Assembly: GCA_964291285.2 (NCBI GenBank)
Contig: OZ219787.1
Coordinates: forward strand, 1,440,001-1,504,000
DNA from: Alphaproteobacteria bacterium
Lineage (GTDB): Bacteria > Pseudomonadota > Alphaproteobacteria > Bin95
DNA length: 64,000 nucleotides
Direction: 5' to 3'
Under the pieces are notes generated by a model. It saw nothing but the letters and a program-made list of their open reading frames with translations, was not told the origin of the DNA and searched no databases. The position numbers and the translations under genes were made by a program. Of this stretch, positions 39,989 to 49,440 are shown piece after piece (position 1 is the first letter of the stretch; each line of letters begins with the position of its first letter).

Positions 39989-41191
39989 ATGCACAGCACC
40001 AACAAGCTGACCCTCTCCAGGCAGTCCGTCGACCGGCTTCAAGTCGCTGACCGGGAGATCGTCTACTGGGACCGCCACCTGCCCGGCTTCGGCGTGCGCG
40101 TCTATGCGACCGGGGCGAAGGTCTACATCGCGCACGCGCGTTCCGGCGGGAAGACCCGGCGCGTCACCATCGGGCGCCACGGCGCATGGTCGACCGAGCG
40201 CGCCCGGCGCGAGGCCGGAGCGCTGATCGCGGACATCAAGGCGGGCAGGACGCCGGGCCGTCCCGGCGCGGACTCCGCGTCCGCCACTGGGCCGACGATC
40301 GCCGGGCTGGCGGACGACTACATGACCCGGCATGTGGCCCTGCGCTGCAAGCCGTCCACGCAGCAATCCTGCCGCCACATCCTCGACAGGTTCCTCCTCC
40401 CCCGGTTCGGGGCGCTGCGCCTCGGCGAGATCACGCCCGATCACGTTGCCGCGCTGCACTACCGGCTCCGCGAGACGCCCATCATGGCGAACCAGACGGT
40501 CTCCCTGCTGTCGCGGCTCTTCCTGAGGGCCGCGGCCTCGGGCGACGCGCCGCCTGGCGGCAACCCCTGCCGGTTCATCAGGAAGTATCCGGCGCGAAGC
40601 CGTGAGCGCTTCCTGTCCGAGCAGGAATACGACCGGCTGGGCGCCGCGCTCGACGAACTCGAAGGCGCGGGCCGGGTCCTTGTCAGCGCCACCGCGGCGA
40701 TCCGCCTGCTGATGCTGACCGGCTGCCGGCGCAACGAAATCCTCACCCTCAAATGGGAGGATGTCGACCTCGAACACGACGAGCTCCGGTTGCGCGACGC
40801 GAAGACCGGAGCGCGCGCGGTCCCGCTGTCGCCGACGGCGAGAGGAGTGCTCACCGCCATCCCCCGGCAGCCCGGCAATCCCTGGGCCATCTTCGGGCGC
40901 GAACCCGGAACGCACCTCGCCAATCTCAACTCGTCGTGGGGGGTGGTCCGCCGCGAGGCCGGACTCGAGGACATGCGGCTTCACGACCTTCGCCACAGCT
41001 TCGCCAGCAGGGCGCTCGCGCTCGGCGAGAGCTTGCCGACGATCGCCCGGCTCCTCGGTCACAGCCAGATCCAGACCACCGCCCGCTACGCCCACCTCGC
41101 GCGGCAACCGGTGAAGACCGCCGCCGCCACCGTCGCGGACAGCCTCGCGGACGACATGGGGCCGGCACCGGGCGCTCCCTCCATCACCTGA
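39989..41191 (+). CDS. Tyrosine integrase 2 (paralogue of integrase 1)
   Basis: Same motif set intact (TGCRRNE, AKTG, HDLRH, LGH..TTARY). Confidence 0.93.
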   Translation: MHSTNKLTLSRQSVDRLQVADREIVYWDRHLPGFGVRVYATGAKVYIAHARSGGKTRRVTIGRHGAWSTERARREAGALIADIKAGRTPGRPGADSASATGPTIAGLADDYMTRHVALRCKPSTQQSCRHILDRFLLPRFGALRLGEITPDHVAALHYRLRETPIMANQTVSLLSRLFLRAAASGDAPPGGNPCRFIRKYPARSRERFLSEQEYDRLGAALDELEGAGRVLVSATAAIRLLMLTGCRRNEILTLKWEDVDLEHDELRLRDAKTGARAVPLSPTARGVLTAIPRQPGNPWAIFGREPGTHLANLNSSWGVVRREAGLEDMRLHDLRHSFASRALALGESLPTIARLLGHSQIQTTARYAHLARQPVKTAAATVADSLADDMGPAPGAPSIT

Positions 41192-41454
41192 CCGGCAGCC
41201 CTGTGCGCACTGCCGCTGAGAGTCTGTTCCTGGAGTAGCGGTTGGCCTCAAGACATGGTCGCTCAACGGGTGTTGAGGCCGATATGGGGGTTCCCATGGC
41301 TTGGGGGGAGACCATCCAGGCGAAGTGTCAAGGACCGGATGACCATCGGCAAAACGGCCTGAACGACGAGGAGTGGTCGCTCGTGGTTCCGCTGGTCCTG
41401 ATGTAGGGGGCGGCCGCACTCGACGAATCCGCGCCGCGTGTATCTATCCGGTCT

Positions 41455-41886
41455 GTACCGTCGAAGTTCTCGATCCACGACCCCAGCACCGCGCAGCCCA
41501 GCACGTTCACGACCTCCCGAACTCGCTGCTCCATCTCCTCGAACGCCGCCGGACAGGGCTCCGGGGCAAGCGCCGCACGGCACACGGCCGCCAACCCCGT
41601 CAGCGCCTCGAGAACCCCAGCCGGCAAGCCCGACAGATCGATGACGAAGACTGCGCAGGCTGCAACACTGGCATGGAACCGCTCCCGAGGGTGACGTGTA
41701 CACAACATCCTGACCGCCTCTGGCAGGGCGAAGCGGTCCCACACAACATCTCCGCCATCGTGCAACCGTGACAAATGCCGGCCCTCCAACCCCCGATTGT
41801 CACCAAACCTCGTAATCGGGGACCCGAAACAAAGGCAAAATCTCAGTAAATAAACTGATTACAATAGCCATACCGGACTTGCACCC
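41455..41886 (-). mobile_element. ISKra4-like 5' remnant
   Basis: Peptide 'IDLSGLPAGVLEAL..AFEEME.RVRE.VN.LGC.VLGSWIE' parallels the N-terminus of 44270-45511; shared upstream leader; possible end GGGTGCAAGTCC. Confidence 0.6.
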
Positions 41887-41965
41887 CGACGATATCAACT
41901 CAACTCCATGATCCCACGCTTCATTCGCAGCGCCGTCAGAACACAACCCATCCCATATCAACGTC

Positions 41966-42241
41966 TCACCTCTGGATTAAATTCAGGGATAAGCAGGTAG
42001 TTTTAAGAAAATTCCGCATGTCATTTTTTCTCGTGGAAGATGCATAAAATCCGTCCATCACGGGATACATTTTGACATTCCCATTTGGCGCCTGCAGCGC
42101 TGCGGTGTGCAATTTAAATATGAAGTTGGCGCTTTTTGCGAGCGAACGGGACATGGACACTTGTATACCCATGACGTCAATCCACGCCGCATATTCTGGT
42201 GAAGCAGGTGGAAAATGGTCAGCATTAAATATCAGCGGCAT
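41966..42241 (-). CDS. Short low-GC ORF, possibly a truncated nucleotidyl-cyclase-like protein
   Basis: 'AAWIDVMG' and 'VMDGFY' resemble the two Asp motifs of class III cyclase-fold proteins. Confidence 0.35.
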   Translation of the reverse strand: MPLIFNADHFPPASPEYAAWIDVMGIQVSMSRSLAKSANFIFKLHTAALQAPNGNVKMYPVMDGFYASSTRKNDMRNFLKTTCLSLNLIQR

Positions 42242-42291
42242 AACGTGTCTTCGATCTTGTGGATTTCGTGCCAAGACTCTTCGTTCCTTAA

Positions 42292-43101
42292 TCAGAGTGG
42301 GTTGTCGGGCTTGGCATCATCCCTGTTGCTGAGATATCTGCCTACACCATCCAGGATCTGATCAACGATAGCAAGACAGTGCTGAATGAAATCCGAGCTC
42401 ATGTAGAAAATCCATGGTTTGCCACCAGTGCTAGACTGAGTGAACCAATTCAAGGGCCAATGGTTATGAAGTATTGACCTCGCAAATTTCTCTCGCTCAT
42501 CTATTGGCCATTCGAACCCATTATGAAACATCCTATTACGGTATTCGAATAACGCCGACAGGGTCTTAAAGAGGTTATCTGGCAGATACGCCATGAGTCC
42601 AGTACATTCCGAGAGCTGCCGTATTCCCCTGACGAGGTGCTTTTGCCGTTTGCTCCCTTCGAACACATAGTGCGGGTCCCAGAATGCATCATGGAGAGTG
42701 GAAACATGCCTTTCTGTTGCACAATTTACAGGCAGTGGGCTTGCGCGGACCTCCTTGAAAACTGCAACAAACAACGACTCGACAAACGGGGCTAGCATGC
42801 CAATGGCTGACATACTATGTGCGGCATCTTGAAATACGGAGCCGTGTAGGTGGTCGATCCTCGAGTCCTGCAGGTAATCGGCGTAGGCTCCGCTGTGCTT
42901 GCGGATTTCAGCCTCCAACGCCTTGATTTCCGCTTCCAGGTTCTTGTCGCTCTCACTATTGCGCTTCAAGAGGCTTTTGATCGCCAATAGCTGGGCTTCC
43001 AAGTCGTACTCCTCGATCAGAAACAGCGCTCGATCGCGATTGGTGATTTCGAATGGGTCCGCCTCAGCTGTCTCCAAGTCAGGTAAGATCTCATTGCTCA
43101 A
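42292..43101 (-). CDS. Hypothetical protein with HEPN-like RX4H motif
   Basis: 269 aa, helical; 'VESLF' ... 'YRNRMFHNG'. Confidence 0.6.
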   Translation of the reverse strand: MSNEILPDLETAEADPFEITNRDRALFLIEEYDLEAQLLAIKSLLKRNSESDKNLEAEIKALEAEIRKHSGAYADYLQDSRIDHLHGSVFQDAAHSMSAIGMLAPFVESLFVAVFKEVRASPLPVNCATERHVSTLHDAFWDPHYVFEGSKRQKHLVRGIRQLSECTGLMAYLPDNLFKTLSALFEYRNRMFHNGFEWPIDEREKFARSILHNHWPLNWFTQSSTGGKPWIFYMSSDFIQHCLAIVDQILDGVGRYLSNRDDAKPDNPL

Positions 43102-43117
43102 TCGACCATCCTCTAGG

Positions 43118-43918
43118 TTATACGTTCACGTATTCTATGCCGGGCAATCCTCGGGAAACAGGTACATTAGGCTCGTTATGTGGAAAAACACGCAGTCTCG
43201 GAGTTTGATGGTCAACGCCGTGCCAGGGATCCATGACCCGTGCCAATCCGGATATCGAGCGGTTTACCGCGCCCCACGCTTTTCTTTCCCCCGTCCCCGC
43301 TCCGACGAGGTCATAGCCCACTTGGTCGGCTGTGACCCGGATGCGGTGCTCCCCGCCCCTCATCGCCCAAGAGATTTCGAAGTCTAGGAACTGATCGAGC
43401 ACCGGCGTCCAATATCCCACGACGAGCAATGTGGGAAAGCCCTTTTTGGACGCAGGCCGCAGCTGTTTGGCGGCGCGGTTAATTTTGTTTCGGACGCGTT
43501 TGGCCTCTTGCTTCAGACTCGTCGTCTCCGCTTCTCGACACATTGAGAGGGATATCTCGCCATCGTCTGACCGGAAGCTGCAAAAGGGAACGACAATCTC
43601 CTTGATTTCAGCAATCACTTTCGGCGCATCAGGCCTGTCCCAGGTCAACAATACGTCGGGCATCCTGCGGCCACGCTCGTTCTCATAGTCCATGCTCTCG
43701 ACTTGGACGTCCCAAGTCTCGGCCCAGATTCTAAGGTCGCGTTCCACCTTTCCCTTGTACTGTCCATGCGAGTGCATCACGCGCGTCATTCCCACATGGT
43801 CCGACATCGCTCCGCATGTGCAGCTGCCCCCCGTCCCATATGCCTTGCGTTCTCCTCCCATCCGCTTTCCTTGGCTTCGACTATCCACCATCCACGCCCC
43901 CATCTCTTTAGGTAGCAC
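43118..43918 (-). CDS. Hypothetical protein with PD-(D/E)xK-like motif
   Basis: 'MPDVLL...IAEIKE'; start uncertain. Confidence 0.5.
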   Translation of the reverse strand: MLPKEMGAWMVDSRSQGKRMGGERKAYGTGGSCTCGAMSDHVGMTRVMHSHGQYKGKVERDLRIWAETWDVQVESMDYENERGRRMPDVLLTWDRPDAPKVIAEIKEIVVPFCSFRSDDGEISLSMCREAETTSLKQEAKRVRNKINRAAKQLRPASKKGFPTLLVVGYWTPVLDQFLDFEISWAMRGGEHRIRVTADQVGYDLVGAGTGERKAWGAVNRSISGLARVMDPWHGVDHQTPRLRVFPHNEPNVPVSRGLPGIEYVNV

Positions 43919-44269
43919 ACTGCCGCCTACCGCGAACCAATCTCGTACGCCTCCATGAGGTCGATGTTCGTCCTATACGCCCATCTACCTGCCTTTCACC
44001 GAGCAAACAACCGACCGCGGGGATATCTGATCACGCCACAACGCGCCGTAACCGCGAGGTGCCATGCCGCCGGACCCGGATGTTAACGGCCGGCCCGGGC
44101 CTGGTGATCACCGCCCTACAGCGCCAAGCCGGCCCAATGGTCCATCGATCCCACGGCTGACGGAACGGATACCCCGCGCGTAACCGTTCGACGCTCGGGG
44201 GATCAGTGTGGCAACAGGCCAAGCCGAACGTTCGGAAGCTGGCGGTTTACCTCGGGACTGCATCACTCC

Positions 44270-45511
44270 TCTGTGACGAGGGTTTTGTTTGCGGCCTCGA
44301 CGACACCGGAGCCGATGGCGATGCTCCGGTCGCTGAGGTGGCGGTATCGCATGCGCTTGCGGTGCTTGCGGAAGAAGGCGAGTTCGCGCTCGATGGTGGG
44401 GCGCGCGGTGCGGTTGCTGCCTGCCTTGTCGCGCAGGTAGCGCAGCGCCCTTATGACCCTGGCGCTGCCGTGCGGGTCGTGTCGCAGGGTATGGCGGCAA
44501 GTCTCGAACCAGTTGGGATCGACGGCATGGTCGGAGGCTGTGCGGAGATGCTCGCAGGCGTGCCAGAAGTCGACGGCTTGCGCTTCGGGCGAGAGGCTCT
44601 CCGGGAAGGTCCAGTTGTCGGGGGCGCCCCCCGCCTTCGCAGGGGCAGGCTCTGGCGAGCGCAACGACCGCGATATCGGGGCACGCGCGGCGGATATGCG
44701 CGACCTCGCTTGCGAGCTGGGCCTTCAGCGTGCGCTTGCCGCTCTCGGGCATACGGGCGAGATAGAGGGTCTTGAGCCGTTCGCCTTCCCGGTCGTGCAA
44801 GGAGACCGTGCCGCAGGCGGCCTCGCGCCAGCAGGCCTCGTCGCGCCCGTCCTCGCCGGCGCGCAGCGCCACCATCACGCCGTCCAGCGAGACCGAGGCG
44901 CTGACCGCCCCGGACGGGATGTCCTCCCTGTCGCGGATACTCTCCAGCGCCTGCGGTCCGAGGCCTTCCCAGCGCTCATGCATGGTCCGGACGAGCCGTT
45001 GCAGCGTGCTCGCGGACGGCCTCATGGCGCCCATCTCCGAGAAGAACCCCTCCGCTTCCCGCGCCGTGCCGTGACCCATCATCATCAGCCCGGTCCGGGC
45101 GGCCGGGCGCGTCAGGTAGTCGTTCACCAGCCCCAGGCTCTCGTCCACCGGCACGAGCGAGGGGCCGCCCACGCCGTGGCGATAGCGCGCCCGCCTGTAG
45201 GTCACCGGGCCGAGCGTGCTCATGATCGTCTTCGGCGTCGCCGCCACACGGAACCGCCGCTGCCCGGCCCGCTCGACCCGCTCAGCCCCGTCGTCGAGGC
45301 GCTCGATCCACGACCCCAGAACCTCGCAGCCTAGCGCGTTCACGCTCTCCCGAACACGAAGCTCCGCTTCCTCGAATGCAACCGCGCATGGCGCGGAAGC
45401 AGGCGGCTCACGACAAACCGCAACCAGCCCCGACAGCGCCTCCAGTATCCGAGCCGGCAAGCCGGCAAGATCGATGGACGAGCAGGATGCAGACTGCTTC
45501 GAAACGGCCAT
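44270..45511 (-). pseudogene. ISKra4-family transposase, frameshifted and 3'-truncated
   Basis: 'SLDGVMV','GAPDNW','DFWHACEHL','IGSGVVEAANK'; frameshift caused by an insert near 44628-44653. Confidence 0.8.
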
Positions 45512-45940
45512 GGGGCCGCTCTTTTGGTTGCGATTGCTTCAGAACGACATCCTACCCGCCTCCGGCGGGTGGAGCGGTCCCGCACAACGCCCGAGCGCCC
45601 ACAGAAGCGACCGCTCGCGCGGGATCGGCGGGCCGGTCACGATGCCGGAGCAGACCGCCAGGGCGTCCGCCACGGGCGGCATGGAGGTTGTCGCGGCGGC
45701 CGCCGGCGGGCAGGCCACCTCCGCAAGTGACCGGCGTTCCCCTGGCCGCCGATACAGGCCCCGGTGAGTTGGGTGGCCTGAACGGCCGCCGACCGCACAT
45801 TCCCGTCCTGCGCCGGCCCCCCGCCTGCGCGCCGGCACAAGCTCCCCCGGCGCGATGAGGAAAGGGCCGCGGGGGTCCGGTGAACGGCCGGGCGCCCGGA
45901 GGGAGCCCGCGCCGCATTTCCGCCATTCCGGAGGCTGCCG

Positions 45941-46960
45941 ATGACCGACACCGTTTCCGCCGACTACACGCTGCGCCCGAGCGAACTCGCGCCGACCCTG
46001 GCGCTGCTGGTCGAGGCGCGCCAGCCCTGCATCCTTTGGGGCGCGCCGGGCTGCGCCAAGAGCGCGCTCGCGCAGCAGGCCGCCGCCGAGGGTTCGCGCC
46101 GCTATGTCGACGTGCGCGCGCTGCTGCTCGATCCGGTGGACCTGCGCGGCATCCCGTGGCGCGACGCCGACGGGCGCACCCGCTGGGCGCCGCCGGCCTT
46201 CCTGCCGCCCGCCGGCGACCCCGGCCGCTGGCTCATCAACCTGGAGGAACTGCCCTCCGCCGTGCCGATGGTGCAGGCGGCGCTCTACCAGCTGGTGCTC
46301 GACCGCAAGGTGGGCGAATACGAGCTGCCCGGGGGCGCCTCGCTGATCGCCTGCGGCAACCGCGAGAGCGACCGCGGCGTGGTCCACCGCATGCCGACGC
46401 CGCTGGCGTCGCGCTTCGTCCATCTGGAGGTCCGGGTGGACGCGGAAGACTGGCTTGCCTGGGGGGCCGCTAACGGCATCGCGCCCGAGGTGCTGTTCTA
46501 CATCCGGATGCGCCCCGACCTGCTGCACTGCTTCGATCCGCAGGCGAAGGAGAAGGCGTTCTGCTGCCCCCGGACCTGGGAGATGGTCTCCGGCATCGTC
46601 AACCGGCGCGCCGGTCCCGACCCCTCTGTCGAGCGGGCGCTGTTCCGGGGCACGGTGGGCGAGGCGGCGGCGGTCGAGTTCTCGGCCTTCCTGAAGGTGT
46701 GGCGCGAACTGCCCCATCCCCGGGCCGTGCTCGACGATCCCGGGAACGCGGTCGTGCCGGACAATGCCAGCGCCCTGATCGCGCTCTGCGGCGCGCTCTA
46801 CCGCATGGCCGACGACATCACGCTCGACGCCATCGTCACCTATGCCGGGCGCCTGCGCCGCGAGGTCGGCGAGTTCCTGGTCGGGTCCTGCATCCGGCGC
46901 GACCCCGCCCTCCAGCACTCGCCCGCCTTCATCCGCTGGGCCGCCGCACGCACGCAATGA
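45941..46960 (+). CDS. MoxR-like AAA+ ATPase
   Basis: WGAPGCAKS, 'DLRGIP', LEEL, 'ACGNRESDR', 'SRFVH', 'PRTW'. Confidence 0.85.
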   Translation: MTDTVSADYTLRPSELAPTLALLVEARQPCILWGAPGCAKSALAQQAAAEGSRRYVDVRALLLDPVDLRGIPWRDADGRTRWAPPAFLPPAGDPGRWLINLEELPSAVPMVQAALYQLVLDRKVGEYELPGGASLIACGNRESDRGVVHRMPTPLASRFVHLEVRVDAEDWLAWGAANGIAPEVLFYIRMRPDLLHCFDPQAKEKAFCCPRTWEMVSGIVNRRAGPDPSVERALFRGTVGEAAAVEFSAFLKVWRELPHPRAVLDDPGNAVVPDNASALIALCGALYRMADDITLDAIVTYAGRLRREVGEFLVGSCIRRDPALQHSPAFIRWAAARTQ

Positions 46961-46982
46961 CCGCCCCTTCAGGAGGACACCG

Positions 46983-47882
46983 ATGAACCTCAGCCACGAC
47001 GCCATGCTGGTCAGCCTGCGCATCGCCGCCTGGTCGGGCCGGCTCCATGACCGCCAGGCCAGCACCCATGTCGCCGTCCACCACGAGGCGAGCGTCAGCG
47101 CCGGGCGCTACAACAAGTGCCTGCTGCCCCGGACCGCCTTCGCCGCCCTCAACGCCACCGTCAGCGCGGCGCGCGCGGCCCATGACGCCCAGACCCTGCC
47201 CTGGGACGACCGGGGGAGCCGGCTGCTCCCCGTCGCCAACCACGAGCGCTACACGGGGCTGATGGACGGCTTGCGCGAGCGCATGGTGCGCGAGCGCGCC
47301 CGCTTCATCGAGGACTATGACGACAATATCGAAAAGGCCCGGCTCGACCTCGGCAAGCTGTTCCGCATCGGGGACTATCCCTCGAAGGAGGCGCTCCGGG
47401 ACAGGTTCGGCCTGCGCTGGCGGATCGTCCCGGTGCCCGACGCCGACCATTTCATGGCGAAGCTCGCCTCCGACGACACCGACCGGGTGAAGCGCGACAT
47501 CGAGAGCCAGGTGGAGGAGCGGCTGCACGATGCGGTGGGCGACCTCTACCGGCGCCTGGGCGAGGCCGTGGAGCGGGTCTCCGAACGCCTGCGGGAGGAC
47601 GGCGAGGGCAAGCCGCTGGTGTTCCGGGACTCGATGATCGGCAACATCCGCGACCTGGTCGACATCGTGCCGCGGCTGAATATCTTCGGCGACGACGAAC
47701 TCGCCCGGCTCTGCGGGCAGGTGAAGGAGAAGATCGCCGGCGTCGAGCCGGACGCGCTCAGGCCGTCGAAGAGTTTCGATCCGGTCGCCCGCGCGCGGGT
47801 GAAGCGCGATGCGGATGCGCTGGCGGAGAGGTTCGCGGGATATTTCGCGGCGGCGGTCTCCCCGGCGCGGGAGGCCGCGTGA
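46983..47882 (+). CDS. DUF3150-like protein
   Basis: 'AMLVSLRI..WSG','TLPW','YPS','FRDS','PRLN'; lies between the AAA and vWA genes; AGGAGG RBS. Confidence 0.65.
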   Translation: MNLSHDAMLVSLRIAAWSGRLHDRQASTHVAVHHEASVSAGRYNKCLLPRTAFAALNATVSAARAAHDAQTLPWDDRGSRLLPVANHERYTGLMDGLRERMVRERARFIEDYDDNIEKARLDLGKLFRIGDYPSKEALRDRFGLRWRIVPVPDADHFMAKLASDDTDRVKRDIESQVEERLHDAVGDLYRRLGEAVERVSERLREDGEGKPLVFRDSMIGNIRDLVDIVPRLNIFGDDELARLCGQVKEKIAGVEPDALRPSKSFDPVARARVKRDADALAERFAGYFAAAVSPAREAA

Positions 47883-49192
47883 TGGCCGCCCGCCCTTGCC
47901 CGGAGTCGGCGCAGCGGGTGAGCCGCTGCGTGACGGCGCTGCTGCGGGAGCAGCCCTTCTTCGGCAGCTTGGCGCTCCGCCTGCCGGTCCGCGCCGACGC
48001 CGGCAGGAAGACGCTGGCGAGCGACGGGCGGGAGATCCGCTATTCGCCGCAATGGGTCGCGGAGACCGGGGCGCACCTTATCGGGACCGCGATCGCCCGG
48101 GTGGTGCTGGCCTGCGCGCTGAAGCACCACACGCGCCGGGGCGAACGCGATCCGGAACGCTGGCAGCTGGCCTCGCAGCTCGTCACCCACGGCCTGCTGC
48201 GCGATGCCGGCTTCACCCTGCCGCCCGGCGCGGAAGCCAGGGACGGGATCAGCGTCGAGGAAGCCTACGAGCAATTGCCGAAGCCGGACGAAGGTGGATC
48301 CGGCGGCGGCAATCCGCCGGACGCCGGAGGAGGTTCGGGCACCGATGGAGCCGAATCTCCAACGGCCGACGGGGGCGATGACGATGAGCAATCCGGTAAC
48401 GGCGATGCCGGGAGAGACGACGGCTCGGCGGAGGCGCCGAGCAATGGCAACGGCGGCGACGCAAGCTGCGATCCGTCGGGCACCGGCGAGGTCATGGACG
48501 CGCCGGCGGGCGGCGCCGGGGACGGCGCGCCTTCGCCTGGCGACATGACGCGGGAGGAACAGGCCTGGGACGAGGCCATGCACCAGGCGCTCGGTCTCGC
48601 CAGGGCCGAAGGCCGGTTGCCCGGCGCGGTCGAGGAAACCGTCCGCGGCGCCCATGCGGGCGCGCTCGACTGGCGCTCGCTGCTGCGCCGCCACATGACC
48701 GACGCGGCGAAGAGCGACTATTCCTGGAGCCTGCCCAACCGGCGCTTCATCGACTCCGGCCTCTATCTCCCCTCGATCCGTTCGGAGGGCATGGATACCA
48801 TCGCCGTCATCGTCGACACCTCGGGCTCGCTGCCGGCGGAGACGCTGGCCGCGTTCTGGGCCGAACTGCGCGAGGTCGCGACGGAGGTCCGGCCCGAACG
48901 CGTCGTCGTGCTCCAGGTCGATGCGGCAGTGCAGGACGCGGCGGAATACGCGCCGGACGGGCTTCCCGGCGAGATCGCCGTCAGGGGCCGGGGCGGCACG
49001 GACTTCCGCCCGGGCTTCGCATGGCTCGACGAGCAGGGGATACAGCCGGGCGTGTGCCTCTACTTCACCGACATGGAATGCTCCCGCTATCCGGAGACGG
49101 AACCATCGTTCCCGGTGCTGTGGTGCGACCACGGGGACAGCCCGTGGCGGCAACCCGCGCCCTGGGGCGAGCGCATCGACATCGCCGCCTGA
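47882..49192 (+). CDS. DUF2201-like peptidase-fold plus vWA protein
   Basis: 'PFF', acidic linker, 'DWR', MIDAS 'VDTSGS', 'GGTDF', 'FTD'. Confidence 0.85.
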   Translation: MAARPCPESAQRVSRCVTALLREQPFFGSLALRLPVRADAGRKTLASDGREIRYSPQWVAETGAHLIGTAIARVVLACALKHHTRRGERDPERWQLASQLVTHGLLRDAGFTLPPGAEARDGISVEEAYEQLPKPDEGGSGGGNPPDAGGGSGTDGAESPTADGGDDDEQSGNGDAGRDDGSAEAPSNGNGGDASCDPSGTGEVMDAPAGGAGDGAPSPGDMTREEQAWDEAMHQALGLARAEGRLPGAVEETVRGAHAGALDWRSLLRRHMTDAAKSDYSWSLPNRRFIDSGLYLPSIRSEGMDTIAVIVDTSGSLPAETLAAFWAELREVATEVRPERVVVLQVDAAVQDAAEYAPDGLPGEIAVRGRGGTDFRPGFAWLDEQGIQPGVCLYFTDMECSRYPETEPSFPVLWCDHGDSPWRQPAPWGERIDIAA

Positions 49193-49440
49193 CCTCCGAC
49201 GGCGGCGCGCCGCTTCCCGACCCTCCACGGCGCCTTCGTCTGGCTGCGTGCAGGACCTGGACCCCGCGCCGTCTTCCGCCTTTCCCGATACCGCCGCACC
49301 GCGCCGTCGGCCGTATCCGGCGCCGGCGCCCGCCGGACCGCACCGCCCGGAGCCGGAGCGGGGCGGCGGTCCGGGCAGGCGCGGGGCAGCCGGAGTGGGC
49401 CGCCCGCGCCGACCGTCCGCAACCCTCCATGGAGACTGGC

